From the NCBI GenBank assembly GCA_030647355.1, contig JAUSIS010000005.1, forward strand, positions 1 to 60,893: a stretch of DNA of 60,893 bases, read 5' to 3'. Both the position numbers and the translations under genes were made by a program. The notes under the pieces are model-generated. The model saw nothing but the letters and a program-made list of their open reading frames with translations, made no database searches and was not told the origin of the DNA. This stretch comes from a bacterium. GTDB taxonomy: Bacteria; Patescibacteriota; UBA1384; VFKW01. Positions 19,090 to 28,169 of this stretch are shown here, in pieces (the stretch's first letter is position 1; the number at the start of each line of letters is the position of its first letter).

Positions 19090-20025
19090 ATGACACATAT
19101 GGTGAGTTTAATGAAAAAAGTTATATCTATTGAAAAGCTAGTAAAGAAATATGGTAAGTTAGCAGCCGTTGACGGTATATCATTTGATGTTTACCAAGGC
19201 GAGATATTCGGTTTATTAGGGGAAAACGGCGCCGGTAAAACTACCACTTTGGAGATAATTGAAGGATTACGCAAACCCACCTCCGGTAAAATTTCCATCT
19301 TAGGACACGACATTCGCCATGGTATTAAAGACATTAAAGAACAAATAGGTGTGCAGCTGCAATCGAGTGCCTATTATAATTTTCTTACATTACGCGAAAT
19401 ACTGGAGTTATTTGCCAGCTTCTATAGCACACAGATGGATCCCCTGAAGCTGCTGCAAATGGTACACCTCGAAGAAAAAAGCAACTCATATGTTAATAGC
19501 TTATCTGGTGGCCAAAAACAACGGTTTTCTATTGTAGCGAGCTTGGTAAACGATCCCCAAATCGTCTTTTTAGACGAACCAACTACTGGGCTAGATCCCT
19601 TGGCTCGAAGAAACTTATGGCAAGTGATTTCTGATATTAAAGCAAAAGGTAAAACCATTATCCTCACCACTCACTATATGGAAGAAGCGGAAGCTCTATG
19701 TGATCGAGTTGCTATCATGGAGAAAGGCAAAATCCTCACAATTGGCGAAACACACAAACTAGTTGGGGCAACTCATAACCCATACAGAATTAACTTTATA
19801 ACTAAAAAAATTAATACCAACCTCTTTAATGAAATTAGTAAATTCGGCGAAATCAAAAATCTAATTGGTAAAGCCAATAATTTTGAACTTCGTCTCAAAA
19901 CACAAAAAGAACTAAACCAGGTTCTACCGCTAATCCAACAACTAGATCCCGAAGGACTTATAGTTGGACGCTCAACCCTAGAGGATCTATTTATTCAATT
20001 AACCGGTAAAACTATTGGAGAATAG
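19090..20025 (+). CDS. ABC transporter ATP-binding protein
   Basis: Walker A GENGAGKTT, signature LSGGQKQR, Walker B IVFLDEP. The start may instead be Met at 19111. Confidence 0.9.
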   Translation: MTHMVSLMKKVISIEKLVKKYGKLAAVDGISFDVYQGEIFGLLGENGAGKTTTLEIIEGLRKPTSGKISILGHDIRHGIKDIKEQIGVQLQSSAYYNFLTLREILELFASFYSTQMDPLKLLQMVHLEEKSNSYVNSLSGGQKQRFSIVASLVNDPQIVFLDEPTTGLDPLARRNLWQVISDIKAKGKTIILTTHYMEEAEALCDRVAIMEKGKILTIGETHKLVGATHNPYRINFITKKINTNLFNEISKFGEIKNLIGKANNFELRLKTQKELNQVLPLIQQLDPEGLIVGRSTLEDLFIQLTGKTIGE

Positions 20026-21109
20026 CATGCTGAAACTTTTTGTGAACAATCTAAAAATGCTTATTCGTAATAAACAATCTTTGTTTTGGAGTTTGATGTT
20101 CCCTTTAATCTTTACTTTTATTTTTGGCACTTTCTTTGGCAAGGGAAGCTCCATGACGGGCAATGTTATACTCATCAACAAATCCAAATCTCCCCTGGCA
20201 AAATCCATTGAGCAAACCCTTGATAAAACCGACCTATTCAAATTGTCTAAGTCAACGAACTTAAGTGCATCCAGGAACCTGATAAAGAAAAACAAAGCTA
20301 TGGCCGTGATACTTATCCCTGAAGGGTTTGGCGATACCCAACCAAATGCTCCCACTAAGATTAAATTAATCTCTGATCCTTCAAATGCCCAAGGTACTTC
20401 TTTGGTCGCCGGCTTACTTGATAAAGTCTTAACTTTTTCCAGTTTTCAGGCACAAGGTGCCAAACCTCTCTTCAGCATAGAGCAGGAAACCACCAGCGCC
20501 ACTAAATCAAACTATTTCGACTTCGTTCTAGTCGGCCTCTTAGGCATGGCTTTAATGAACTCCTCGATTCAAGGCATCGCGATTGTTATGGCTAAGTACA
20601 AAGAAGACCAAATACTTAAACGCCTAACCACCACCCCATTGAAAACCTGGAAATTTATTGTTGCAGAAGTCCTTTCACGACTGCTCCTGAATTTTGTTCA
20701 AGTTAGCCTGATTCTTTCAATCGGTGTTTATGTCTTTGGAGCGCACATATATGGCAATATTCCACTGGTCTATTTATTCGCCCTGATCGGCGCCATTCTC
20801 TTTCAACTTATCGGATTCACGATCGCCAGTCTCACCAAAACAACCCAAGCAGCAGAAGGTATGGCTACTGCAATAGCTATTCCAATGATGTTTCTGGCTG
20901 GCGTCTTCTTTCCCATAGATCAGCTTCCTAAATGGCTGTTTTCCGCCGTTCAATACTTACCATTGGCTCCTTTACTCCGAATGATAAGAGGAATCGCCCT
21001 AGAAAAAATATCGCCGCTGGAAAACCCCATGAATATAATAATCGTCATCGCCTGGATAATAATTGCGCTCATCATTTCTACATATAAATTTCGCCTTTCG
21101 GAAGAATAA
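20015..21109 (+). CDS. ABC-2 type transporter permease
   Basis: 364 aa. It has 6 TM helices, overlaps the ATPase gene, and has a large first extracytoplasmic loop. Confidence 0.8.
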   Translation: MENSMLKLFVNNLKMLIRNKQSLFWSLMFPLIFTFIFGTFFGKGSSMTGNVILINKSKSPLAKSIEQTLDKTDLFKLSKSTNLSASRNLIKKNKAMAVILIPEGFGDTQPNAPTKIKLISDPSNAQGTSLVAGLLDKVLTFSSFQAQGAKPLFSIEQETTSATKSNYFDFVLVGLLGMALMNSSIQGIAIVMAKYKEDQILKRLTTTPLKTWKFIVAEVLSRLLLNFVQVSLILSIGVYVFGAHIYGNIPLVYLFALIGAILFQLIGFTIASLTKTTQAAEGMATAIAIPMMFLAGVFFPIDQLPKWLFSAVQYLPLAPLLRMIRGIALEKISPLENPMNIIIVIAWIIIALIISTYKFRLSEE

Positions 21110-21110
21110 T

Positions 21111-22106
21111 ATGTACCAAATAAAAGGACTTGTTTATCAAATTGTCTCGCTAATACCAAAAGGCAAAGTATTAACTTATCAAAAAATTGCCGACCTTATA
21201 AAAATAGATTCAGCCAGGCCGATTGGCAATATCTTACATTCCAATCAAGATCCCCGAAACATTCCGTGCCATCGGGTTGTAAGCTCCAGCGGACGCTTAG
21301 CCAAAAACTATGCCTTTGGAGGATTGAGAATTCAAAAGGAAAAACTATTATCGGAATCGGCGCAATTCATGGATGACGATAGAGTAAACTTAGTAGCATC
21401 CCTTTGGCATCCAACAGAACTCACCTTGCTTTATTTGGAACTCCTTGAGCAATTTGGCGATCCCGGACCTTGGCCGTGGTTTAACACAGATTCACCTCAC
21501 ACGCCCGAAGAGATAGCAATCGGCGCAATATTAACTCAAAATACCAGTTGGCAAAATGCCCAGAAGTCTATCAATAACCTACGCCTCGCCAAAACGAACT
21601 CATTTTTAAAGATAAATTATCTTTATCAAAAAAACCCGGAACTACTTAAATCATATATTAAACCGTCCGGTTACTATAACCAAAAAGCCCGATATCTCTA
21701 TAATTTCTCTACTTTTACTACAGAATATAACTTCGATTGTTTATCCCAGAAATCAATTACTGATGCCCGGAAAGTATTATTGCAAGTAAAAGGGGTCGGC
21801 AAGGAAACCGCTGATACTATTTTGCTGTATTGTCTTAATAAGCCAATCTTTGTTGTTGATTCTTATACAAAACAATTTACTAAAAAACTTTCGGTATGCA
21901 GACACATGGATTATGATAACTTGCAGAAGTTTTACGAACATCATCTTCCAAGTAACATTAAACTTTTTCAAAACTTTCATGCTCTAATAATTAAATTTTG
22001 TCAAACCCCGCTACTTGAAAAAGTGCAAACAAACTGTAAGATTGATAAGAAGGAGAAAAGATGGAATCGTCAAAAAGTTTTAGTCGGCAAGAAGCCGAAC
22101 AGATAG
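21111..22106 (+). CDS. fusion of MGMT (Ogt) C-terminal domain with HhH-GPD/endonuclease III-like domain
   Basis: The N-terminal part contains the PCHRVV active-site motif. The C-terminal part has GVGKETADTILLY (HhH) and AILTQNTSW. Confidence 0.7.
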   Translation: MYQIKGLVYQIVSLIPKGKVLTYQKIADLIKIDSARPIGNILHSNQDPRNIPCHRVVSSSGRLAKNYAFGGLRIQKEKLLSESAQFMDDDRVNLVASLWHPTELTLLYLELLEQFGDPGPWPWFNTDSPHTPEEIAIGAILTQNTSWQNAQKSINNLRLAKTNSFLKINYLYQKNPELLKSYIKPSGYYNQKARYLYNFSTFTTEYNFDCLSQKSITDARKVLLQVKGVGKETADTILLYCLNKPIFVVDSYTKQFTKKLSVCRHMDYDNLQKFYEHHLPSNIKLFQNFHALIIKFCQTPLLEKVQTNCKIDKKEKRWNRQKVLVGKKPNR

Positions 22107-22333
22107 GTAATAAACTAAAAATTGATTGGTCGAAATTCGATGTCGAACAATTTAGGAAAGGTATGGATGTCGAACTTGAGCATGGCTCAATTGACCCGCG
22201 CACAGATGTTACTAATGATGATCCGCTAATGACTGGGAAAATCGCCCTAGCTCACTTAAATGAATACCCCGGTTATTACACTCGGCTTGATAAGATGGAA
22301 GTTGAAGCTGAGCAATTTTTCTCTCAAAGTTAA
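22061..22333 (+). CDS. small conserved protein (DUF5661-like)
   Basis: The motifs KGMDVELEHG...DDPLMTGKIALAHLNEYPGYYTRL are present. It overlaps the previous gene by 46 nt. Confidence 0.5.
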   Translation: MESSKSFSRQEAEQIGNKLKIDWSKFDVEQFRKGMDVELEHGSIDPRTDVTNDDPLMTGKIALAHLNEYPGYYTRLDKMEVEAEQFFSQS

Positions 22334-22443
22334 TCATAACTTTCATATATACTATTCCCTTTGTGGAAAGATCCAAATCACTGATAGCTAGTTGTTTGCT
22401 AGAATGCAATTGGAATAATTCCAAATAGAGAGTAGGGGGTGTT

Positions 22444-22650
22444 ATGAAAAAATTAAATGGTTTAGATTGGGCTTCACTCGTTCTGGTAATTATTGGTGGG
22501 CTAAATTGGCTGTTAATCTCATTATTTAATTTCAATATTGTTGGACTATTATTAGGGGAAGAAAATATTTTATCTAGAATAATTTATGGGTTAGTCGGTT
22601 TGGCGGCGATCTATCTTATTTTCATCTCTGGGAAGTTGACACGCGCTTAA
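22444..22650 (+). CDS. DUF378 family membrane protein
   Basis: IIGGLNWLLISLFNFNIV...IYGLVGLAAIY is the typical DUF378 pattern. An RBS (GGGGG) lies upstream. Confidence 0.75.
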   Translation: MKKLNGLDWASLVLVIIGGLNWLLISLFNFNIVGLLLGEENILSRIIYGLVGLAAIYLIFISGKLTRA

Positions 22651-22755
22651 CTTATCTTCCAGAACAACGGCCAAGCGGCAAAATTACCGTTTGGTTTTAA
22701 TTTGACTAAAAAGCCGGTAGCAAATAAAATAGATGAGTAGCCGGAAAGGACGTCG

Positions 22756-23838
22756 GTGATTAAAGACAATCTGACTCCTGATAAGACTTTATTAAAGTTT
22801 AATCTTAAAAGTCTTACTCTTTTTTTAATATTTGCAGTCGCTCTCTATTTTTTAGTCCCCAAATTGCTGGCAGAAAAACATGTATTCACACTACTACTTA
22901 GTGTGAAGAAAACTTATATTTTACTGGCATTAGTTGCGGAACTAGTCAGCTATGTGGGTGCGGCTACTCTCATGGGAGTAATCCTATCTCGGTTAGGGTA
23001 TCGCATCTCCTTCAAGGATAGGTTTAGACTGGGCTCGATTGCCGCTTTTGCCATCCATTTTCTCCCGATTAGCGGACTTGGCGAGGGCGTAGTAGACTAT
23101 TATTTTCTACGCAGAAGGAAAGTAACAGCTGGCTCTATCTTTTTAATGCTTGTCTTGCGCATCATCCTCACCTATAGTGCTTTTTTGATTTTATTTATCA
23201 TCGCTCTACTGGTTGTTCCTGCCTACCCTGATTTCTCCTTTTATTCGAGAATCATTTCAGTTGTGCTATTTATTTTGATTGCCCTAGGAGCTTATTATAT
23301 TCTTGCTCTCTACCGTAATAAACAGAAATTCTATAAGTCTATTATTAAATTCTCTAATCTGGCCAATAAATTCTTAAAAATTCTTCGCCAAAAACCGATC
23401 AGCCAAGCGAAAATAACCGAAATTTATGATGATATCTATGAAGGAATCGGACTATTTACTCACCAAAGACGATCAACCCTGAAAGCAATTTTAGGGGGGA
23501 TTATCTATTGGCTAGGTGATATGACCTGCTTATATTTTGTATTTCTTAGTTTGGGACATCGCATACATTTCAGCGTGCTCATCTTTGGTTACTCCATTTC
23601 TACTTTAGTCGGACAAATCTCAATGATTCCTGGTGGCTTGGGAGTTACCGAGGGCGCTATGAGTTTAGTATTTAGCGGTATTGGTATTCCCATTTCTCTA
23701 ACCATAACCGCCGTCCTTATCTTCCGATTTTTTTCATTCTGGATATGGATACCGATCGGCCTATTTTCATATATTACCCTTAAACGTGAAAATCGAAAAC
23801 TAGCCGATGGGGTTGACGACCAGCCAACCGATTCTTAA
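22756..23838 (+). CDS. flippase-like/LPG-synthase-TM (UPF0104) family membrane protein
   Basis: 360 aa with about 8 TM helices and a GTG start. The family call rests on overall topology and sequence feel only. Confidence 0.5.
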   Translation: MIKDNLTPDKTLLKFNLKSLTLFLIFAVALYFLVPKLLAEKHVFTLLLSVKKTYILLALVAELVSYVGAATLMGVILSRLGYRISFKDRFRLGSIAAFAIHFLPISGLGEGVVDYYFLRRRKVTAGSIFLMLVLRIILTYSAFLILFIIALLVVPAYPDFSFYSRIISVVLFILIALGAYYILALYRNKQKFYKSIIKFSNLANKFLKILRQKPISQAKITEIYDDIYEGIGLFTHQRRSTLKAILGGIIYWLGDMTCLYFVFLSLGHRIHFSVLIFGYSISTLVGQISMIPGGLGVTEGAMSLVFSGIGIPISLTITAVLIFRFFSFWIWIPIGLFSYITLKRENRKLADGVDDQPTDS

Positions 23839-23849
23839 TCATTTTGGAT

Positions 23850-24041
23850 CTATCGAGCGATTTCAAAAATTATTTTACCGCCATCCAAAGAAAATCTGCC
23901 CAGCCCTTCAATTTCTAAATCAGGATTTTTTCTGAGTTTTTCTCCTAAAATAGCGACTAAACTGCCGATTAATTTTTCCGCTTCCTCGTTAGTCAACCCC
24001 GCTTTGATTGCTACCGCCTGAACGAAATCGTTATTATTCAT
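23850..24041 (-). CDS. HU/IHF-like protein lacking the DNA-binding beta-arm
   Basis: MNNNDFVQAVAIKAGLTNEEAEKLIGSLVAILGEKL...GLGRF matches the HU helical body and first strand. It stops after about 63 aa. Confidence 0.55.
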   Translation of the reverse strand: MNNNDFVQAVAIKAGLTNEEAEKLIGSLVAILGEKLRKNPDLEIEGLGRFSLDGGKIIFEIAR

Positions 24042-24843
24042 AATCACCTCCATGTATCATTGAACGTTTAAGTACTTTGCGTATCAAAGTAATATTAACG
24101 GGCTTATTATTTTTATCGTCTATTTCGATATGCACTGCGCTGAAAACTATATCCCCACTTCCTATTTTATACTGAAATGGCATTTGTGTCAGCTCTGCAT
24201 CTGTAAAGGTGGCTAAATCACCGCCTAAACTGGAATGAAGCGGCCCTACCATGCCGACATCGGTAATGTAGGCGGTGCCTTTTGGCAAGATCATCGCATC
24301 GGCGGTAGGAATATGGGTGTGCGTACCGATATACGCCTGAATTCTACCATCAAGATAATGCCCCATGATCATCTTATTACTCGTCGCTTCGGCGTGGTGG
24401 TCAACTATTGCAATATCATGTTTTTCTTTGGCCAGCACCGAATCTATAGCTCTGTAGGGGTCGTCAAACTGCTCTGAAAAGAATGCTCGCCCGATAATAT
24501 TAATAAGTAATATAACCTTATTCTTCACTTTGAACTTAACAAATCCTCTCCCCGGATCGCCTACCGGATAGTTCAATGGTCGTATGACTCGTATCTCCGG
24601 ATTATCTAGATGCGGCGTAAAATCTCGCCGTTTATAAATGTGATTTCCCGATGTGAAATAATCTATCCCGGCTTCTCTCATTTCCTGATATGTGTCTAAA
24701 GACATACCAATCCCATGGGCCAAGTTTTCCCCGTTTGCCAGCACCAAATCTAATTTGAGCTCTTCTTTTAATTTCGGCAAAACCTCTTTAACTGCCGCTC
24801 TACCCGGTCTGCCTACAATATCGCCAATGAACAATATATTCAT
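24034..24843 (-). CDS. ymdB: YmdB-family metallophosphoesterase (TIGR00282)
   Basis: It has MNILFIGDIVGRPGR...GENLAHG...GNH motifs. It lies immediately downstream of rny, as in Bacillus. Confidence 0.85.
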   Translation of the reverse strand: MNILFIGDIVGRPGRAAVKEVLPKLKEELKLDLVLANGENLAHGIGMSLDTYQEMREAGIDYFTSGNHIYKRRDFTPHLDNPEIRVIRPLNYPVGDPGRGFVKFKVKNKVILLINIIGRAFFSEQFDDPYRAIDSVLAKEKHDIAIVDHHAEATSNKMIMGHYLDGRIQAYIGTHTHIPTADAMILPKGTAYITDVGMVGPLHSSLGGDLATFTDAELTQMPFQYKIGSGDIVFSAVHIEIDDKNNKPVNITLIRKVLKRSMIHGGDYE

Positions 24844-24874
24844 TAAAGCTTTCTAACCCCCTTAAATATCTTAC

Positions 24875-26368
24875 CTATTTGGCAAATTCCGTTGCCCTAA
24901 CTTCTCGAATAACATTTACCTTAATCACTCCCGGGTACTGCAAATCTTCCTCGATTTTTTTAGCAATATCTTTCGCCATTCTCAGTGCATTTAGATCATC
25001 TATCTCTTCCGGTTTCACAATAATTCTCACTTCGCGTCCCGCTTGAATGGCATACGATTTTTCCACCCCCGGGAAAGTGTTTGCTAGGTTTTCCAGCTCT
25101 GTCAGTCTCTTGATGTATGCCTCTAAGCTCTCTCGCCTGGCACCCGGACGCGCGCCGGAAATTGCATCAGCTGATTTAACCACAATTGCTTCTACCGACT
25201 TGGCATCCACATCTTCATGATGCGCTTCAATACAATGAATTACATCGGCAGAAATTCCGTATTTTTTCGCAATATCAACACCGATTTGCGCATGGCTTCC
25301 TGGTACTTCATGGTTCACCGCTTTACCGATATCGTGCAAAAGCGCGCCTTTTTTGGCAATATTTACATCGGCTCCTAATTCCGATGCCAACATTCCGGCA
25401 ATATGAGCAACCTCGATTGAATGACGTAAAATATTTTGCCCGTATGATGTTCTGAATTTTAGCCGTCCGATCAATTTGACTAAATCTTGATGAAGCCCTG
25501 CAACCCCGACTTCGAAAATTGCCTGTTCGCCTGCCTCTTTAATTTGTTTGTTGATTTCATTTTTAGCTTTTTCAACGGATTCCTCGATTTTTGTTGGATG
25601 AATCCTGCCATCGGCGATCAATGTTTCCAGCGCTAATTTTGCCACATGTCTGCGAACGGGATCAAATGACGAAAGTATTACTGTATCTGGAGTATCGTCA
25701 ATTACCACATCAACTCCCGTTGCCTTCTCGAATGCCTGGATGTTACGTCCTTCTTTACCGATTATTCTTCCTTTCATTTCTTCACTCGGCAATGCGATAG
25801 GAGAGACTGTTGATTCGGCAGTCTGCTCCGATGCGATCCTGCCGATAGCGGTAGCTATCATCTCTTTAGCATAGCTTTCCGCTTCCTCTCGGGATGCTTC
25901 TTTCTGAGTTTTAATCTGCCTGACTAATTCGGTTTTAAATTCCTTTTCTGTCATCTCCAGGAGTAATTCTTTCGCCCCGTCTTTATTCATTTTGGCGATC
26001 TTTTCCAAAATCTCCATTTCTTGCTGTTCGAGTTCCTTCAGCTTAGCTCTAACTTCCTCGGTTTCCTTACCTCTCGTTTCGATATTTTTGCGCTCTAAAT
26101 CTATAGATTCTGTTCGTCTATCTATCAATTCTTCTTTTCTTCGAAGATTATTTTCTAATTCTTGGAGATATTTTTGTTTCTCTTCTTCGTCTTTTTTCGC
26201 TTTTTCTTTTATTTTTAGTGCTTCGTCTTTCGCCTCGAGTATAATGTTTTTTTGCTTTGCTTCTAGATCTTCTTTCGATTTTTTAGCTAGATATTGTTTT
26301 CCCAAATAACCGGCACCGCCACCCAAAACTAGACCGCCCAAGGCGGTTAATATTATTAAACTGCTCAT
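24875..26368 (-). CDS. rny: ribonuclease Y
   Basis: N-terminal TM helix, coiled coil, KH domain (GRIIGKEGRNI) and HD domain (LLHDIGKA). Confidence 0.95.
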   Translation of the reverse strand: MSSLIILTALGGLVLGGGAGYLGKQYLAKKSKEDLEAKQKNIILEAKDEALKIKEKAKKDEEEKQKYLQELENNLRRKEELIDRRTESIDLERKNIETRGKETEEVRAKLKELEQQEMEILEKIAKMNKDGAKELLLEMTEKEFKTELVRQIKTQKEASREEAESYAKEMIATAIGRIASEQTAESTVSPIALPSEEMKGRIIGKEGRNIQAFEKATGVDVVIDDTPDTVILSSFDPVRRHVAKLALETLIADGRIHPTKIEESVEKAKNEINKQIKEAGEQAIFEVGVAGLHQDLVKLIGRLKFRTSYGQNILRHSIEVAHIAGMLASELGADVNIAKKGALLHDIGKAVNHEVPGSHAQIGVDIAKKYGISADVIHCIEAHHEDVDAKSVEAIVVKSADAISGARPGARRESLEAYIKRLTELENLANTFPGVEKSYAIQAGREVRIIVKPEEIDDLNALRMAKDIAKKIEEDLQYPGVIKVNVIREVRATEFAK

Positions 26369-26592
26369 TTCTAATTCCTTTCAATATAACCATCTCTACA
26401 CCTGATATTTCATAGTTGAAAATTTAAATTGTTATGCAACTATTATATTCTTCCTTGCCCCGACTGTCAATCTAAACCTTAAACTACTGATTGAAAAATA
26501 TCCACTATCCTGATATAATAAATACATTCGAATTATTTTCAATTTTTTGGAAATTAGGATTTAGAATTTCGGATTTGCGACATAGTCGCTTC

Positions 26593-26657
26593 CGGGGTGT
26601 AGCACATCCGCCATCCGCCAACTGGCGGAGGCGGAGGCAGTAGCGCCTGCTTTGGGG
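26593..26657 (+). pseudogene. tRNA-Pro(TGG) 5' fragment (acceptor to anticodon loop) with a hairpin insertion in the D-loop
   Basis: cggggtgtagcaca + [tccgccatccgccaactggcggaggcggaggcag] + tagcgcctgctttgggg, compared with the intact gene at 26739. Confidence 0.6.
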
Positions 26658-26738
26658 CTGGAAAATCCAGTGAATTTTCCAGCGGGCATGTTCCTTTAAA
26701 AAATATACAATCAATGCCCCGGTTTTTATAATTTACGT

Positions 26739-26812
26739 CGGGGTGTAGCACAGTTGGCTAGTGCGCCTGCTTTGGGAGCAGGAGGTCGAAGGTTCGAGTC
26801 CTTTCACCCCGA
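26739..26812 (+). tRNA. tRNA-Pro (anticodon TGG)
   Basis: Acceptor CGGGGTG/CACCCCG, anticodon arm CCTGC-TTTGGGA-GCAGG, T loop TTCGAGT. Confidence 0.9.
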
Positions 26813-26830
26813 CGTAAGTTATAAAGAAGA

Positions 26831-26929
26831 GAGGTCGAAGGCCTGTCCCTCACTTGCTGCACGGCAATAACAGGATGTAATCCGTTTTGCAGTAAGGCAT
26901 GGTGTGGGATTCGAGTCCTTTCACCCCGA
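26831..26929 (+). pseudogene. tRNA-Pro 3' fragment (variable loop to 3' end) interrupted in the T arm by an approximately 67-nt insertion
   Basis: gaggtcgaagg + [insert] + attcgagtcctttcaccccga, compared with gaggtcgaaggttcgagtcctttcaccccga in the intact gene. Confidence 0.6.
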
Positions 26930-26985
26930 CCAAGGGAAACTTTTGCTACATTAAACATAAGAAGAATTTATTGAACATTTTGCTC

Positions 26986-27036
26986 GAAAAAAGTTCGCAC
27001 TTCGTTCAGTAAATTCGACCAGTTACAACTTTCGTC
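26986..27036. repeat. mosaic repeat family, module AAAAAAGTTCGCRCTTCG...AGTAARTTCGACCA
   Basis: About 80% identical to 28811-28860, in direct orientation. Confidence 0.65.
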
Positions 27037-27045
27037 AATAAAAAA

Positions 27046-27354
27046 AGCACCCAGGCGAGACCGCCTGGGCTGGTCCTATTAGGGACCTAGGGTTGGGTTT
27101 CCGGTATTGTGCTTGTGCAGTAATATAAGGTATTGCTGGGTGAATATAATTGCCGGGAAGGAAGTCTTAAAGGATCTAGGTCGTATCTGACTTAGGTCGG
27201 TGGGACTTCCCTCCCAAAGATCCCGTCGGACATTGCCGCGGGGGTGTTTCGGCATCTTCTTAGATCATGAGCGGAAGGGCAGTCCTTTGTTTGCCTTCTG
27301 CTCGGTCGCCGCCGGCCCTCCAAGATAGTTGTCGGTACTCTATCTCGGCGGCCT
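27046..27354 (-). ncRNA. unclassified structured RNA (about 310 nt), GC-rich, with consensus promoter and intrinsic terminator
   Basis: Minus-strand promoter TTGACA-N17-TAAAAT (27389-27361). Terminator GCACCCAGGCG-AGAC-CGCCTGGGC plus a T-run (27070-27039). Strong hairpins such as GCCGCCGAGATAG...CTATCTTGG..GGCCGGCGGC. No credible ORF. Confidence 0.6.
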
Positions 27355-27360
27355 CACTTC

Positions 27361-27446
27361 AATTTTATAAATTATTTTATTTTTTGTCAAGTATCGTAAC
27401 ATATTGTGTAAAAATTACTTGACAATGCAAACATCATATATTATGA
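27361..27446. promoter_or_regulatory. divergent sigma70-type promoters (ncRNA on the minus strand; XRE-Panacea gene on the plus strand)
   Basis: Plus-strand promoter TTGACA (27418) -N17- TATGAT (27441). Minus-strand promoter TTGACA (27389-27384) -N17- TAAAAT (27366-27361). Confidence 0.65.
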
Positions 27447-27473
27447 TATTAAATGTAAATAAAGGAGGGCAAA

Positions 27474-28169
27474 ATGGATATGATTACAATAGCAGAAAAA
27501 ATAAAACAATGTCGGCTTAAAATTGGTTTAAGCCAAGACGATGTGGCTGATAAATTAGGTATAAGCCGCCCAACATATATTGCAGTTGAAAGTGGTAAAA
27601 AGCAATTAACAGTAGTACAGTTGCGTCAGCTCGCATCTATCATAAATTCTTCTCTCGAGGAACTTCTTTTTGATACCATGCAGATATCAACAGGCGATTT
27701 TGGGATTGAAAAATATAAACAAATTATTTTGAATTGTTTGCAATATGGTTGTGATTCAGATGGTAAAATAACAAAAACTAAATTAGCTAAGCTCGCATAT
27801 CTCGTCGATTTCAAATGGTTTTATGACAACTTACAACCATTAAGCGGTCTCGCATACCGAAGGATTGCGCATGGACCAGTGCCCGACCAATATTTTAGAG
27901 TAATTGACGAGTTATATGAATCCGGTGCGATTACTATCGAGAATAAGGGCATGGCATCTCTGATTAAAGCAAATGAAAATGCGCCCACAAATCAATTAAA
28001 AGAAAAAGAAATAAAAGTTATAAAAGATATCTCAAATAAATGGAAAAATAAAAATTCTCAGGACATTGAAGATTTTACACATGAGCAATTGCCTTGGAAG
28101 ATTTGCCGTCAGGGCGAACTAATTCCTTATGAGTTAATTACCCAGGAAGATCCAGAAAATGTATGTTAA
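27474..28169 (+). CDS. XRE-family HTH fused to Panacea (DUF4065/SocA-like) antitoxin domain
   Basis: N-terminal HTH: IKQCRLKIGLSQDDVADKLGISRPTYIAVESGKK. C-terminal ITKTKLAKLAYLVDFKWFY...LSGLAYRRIAHGPVP matches the DUF4065 pattern. Confidence 0.75.
   Translation: MDMITIAEKIKQCRLKIGLSQDDVADKLGISRPTYIAVESGKKQLTVVQLRQLASIINSSLEELLFDTMQISTGDFGIEKYKQIILNCLQYGCDSDGKITKTKLAKLAYLVDFKWFYDNLQPLSGLAYRRIAHGPVPDQYFRVIDELYESGAITIENKGMASLIKANENAPTNQLKEKEIKVIKDISNKWKNKNSQDIEDFTHEQLPWKICRQGELIPYELITQEDPENVC

Noticed and set aside
26505-26958. Three 65-69-aa minus-strand ORFs
   Set aside because: They overlap tRNA-Pro, its fragments and repeat hairpins, and have no RBS.
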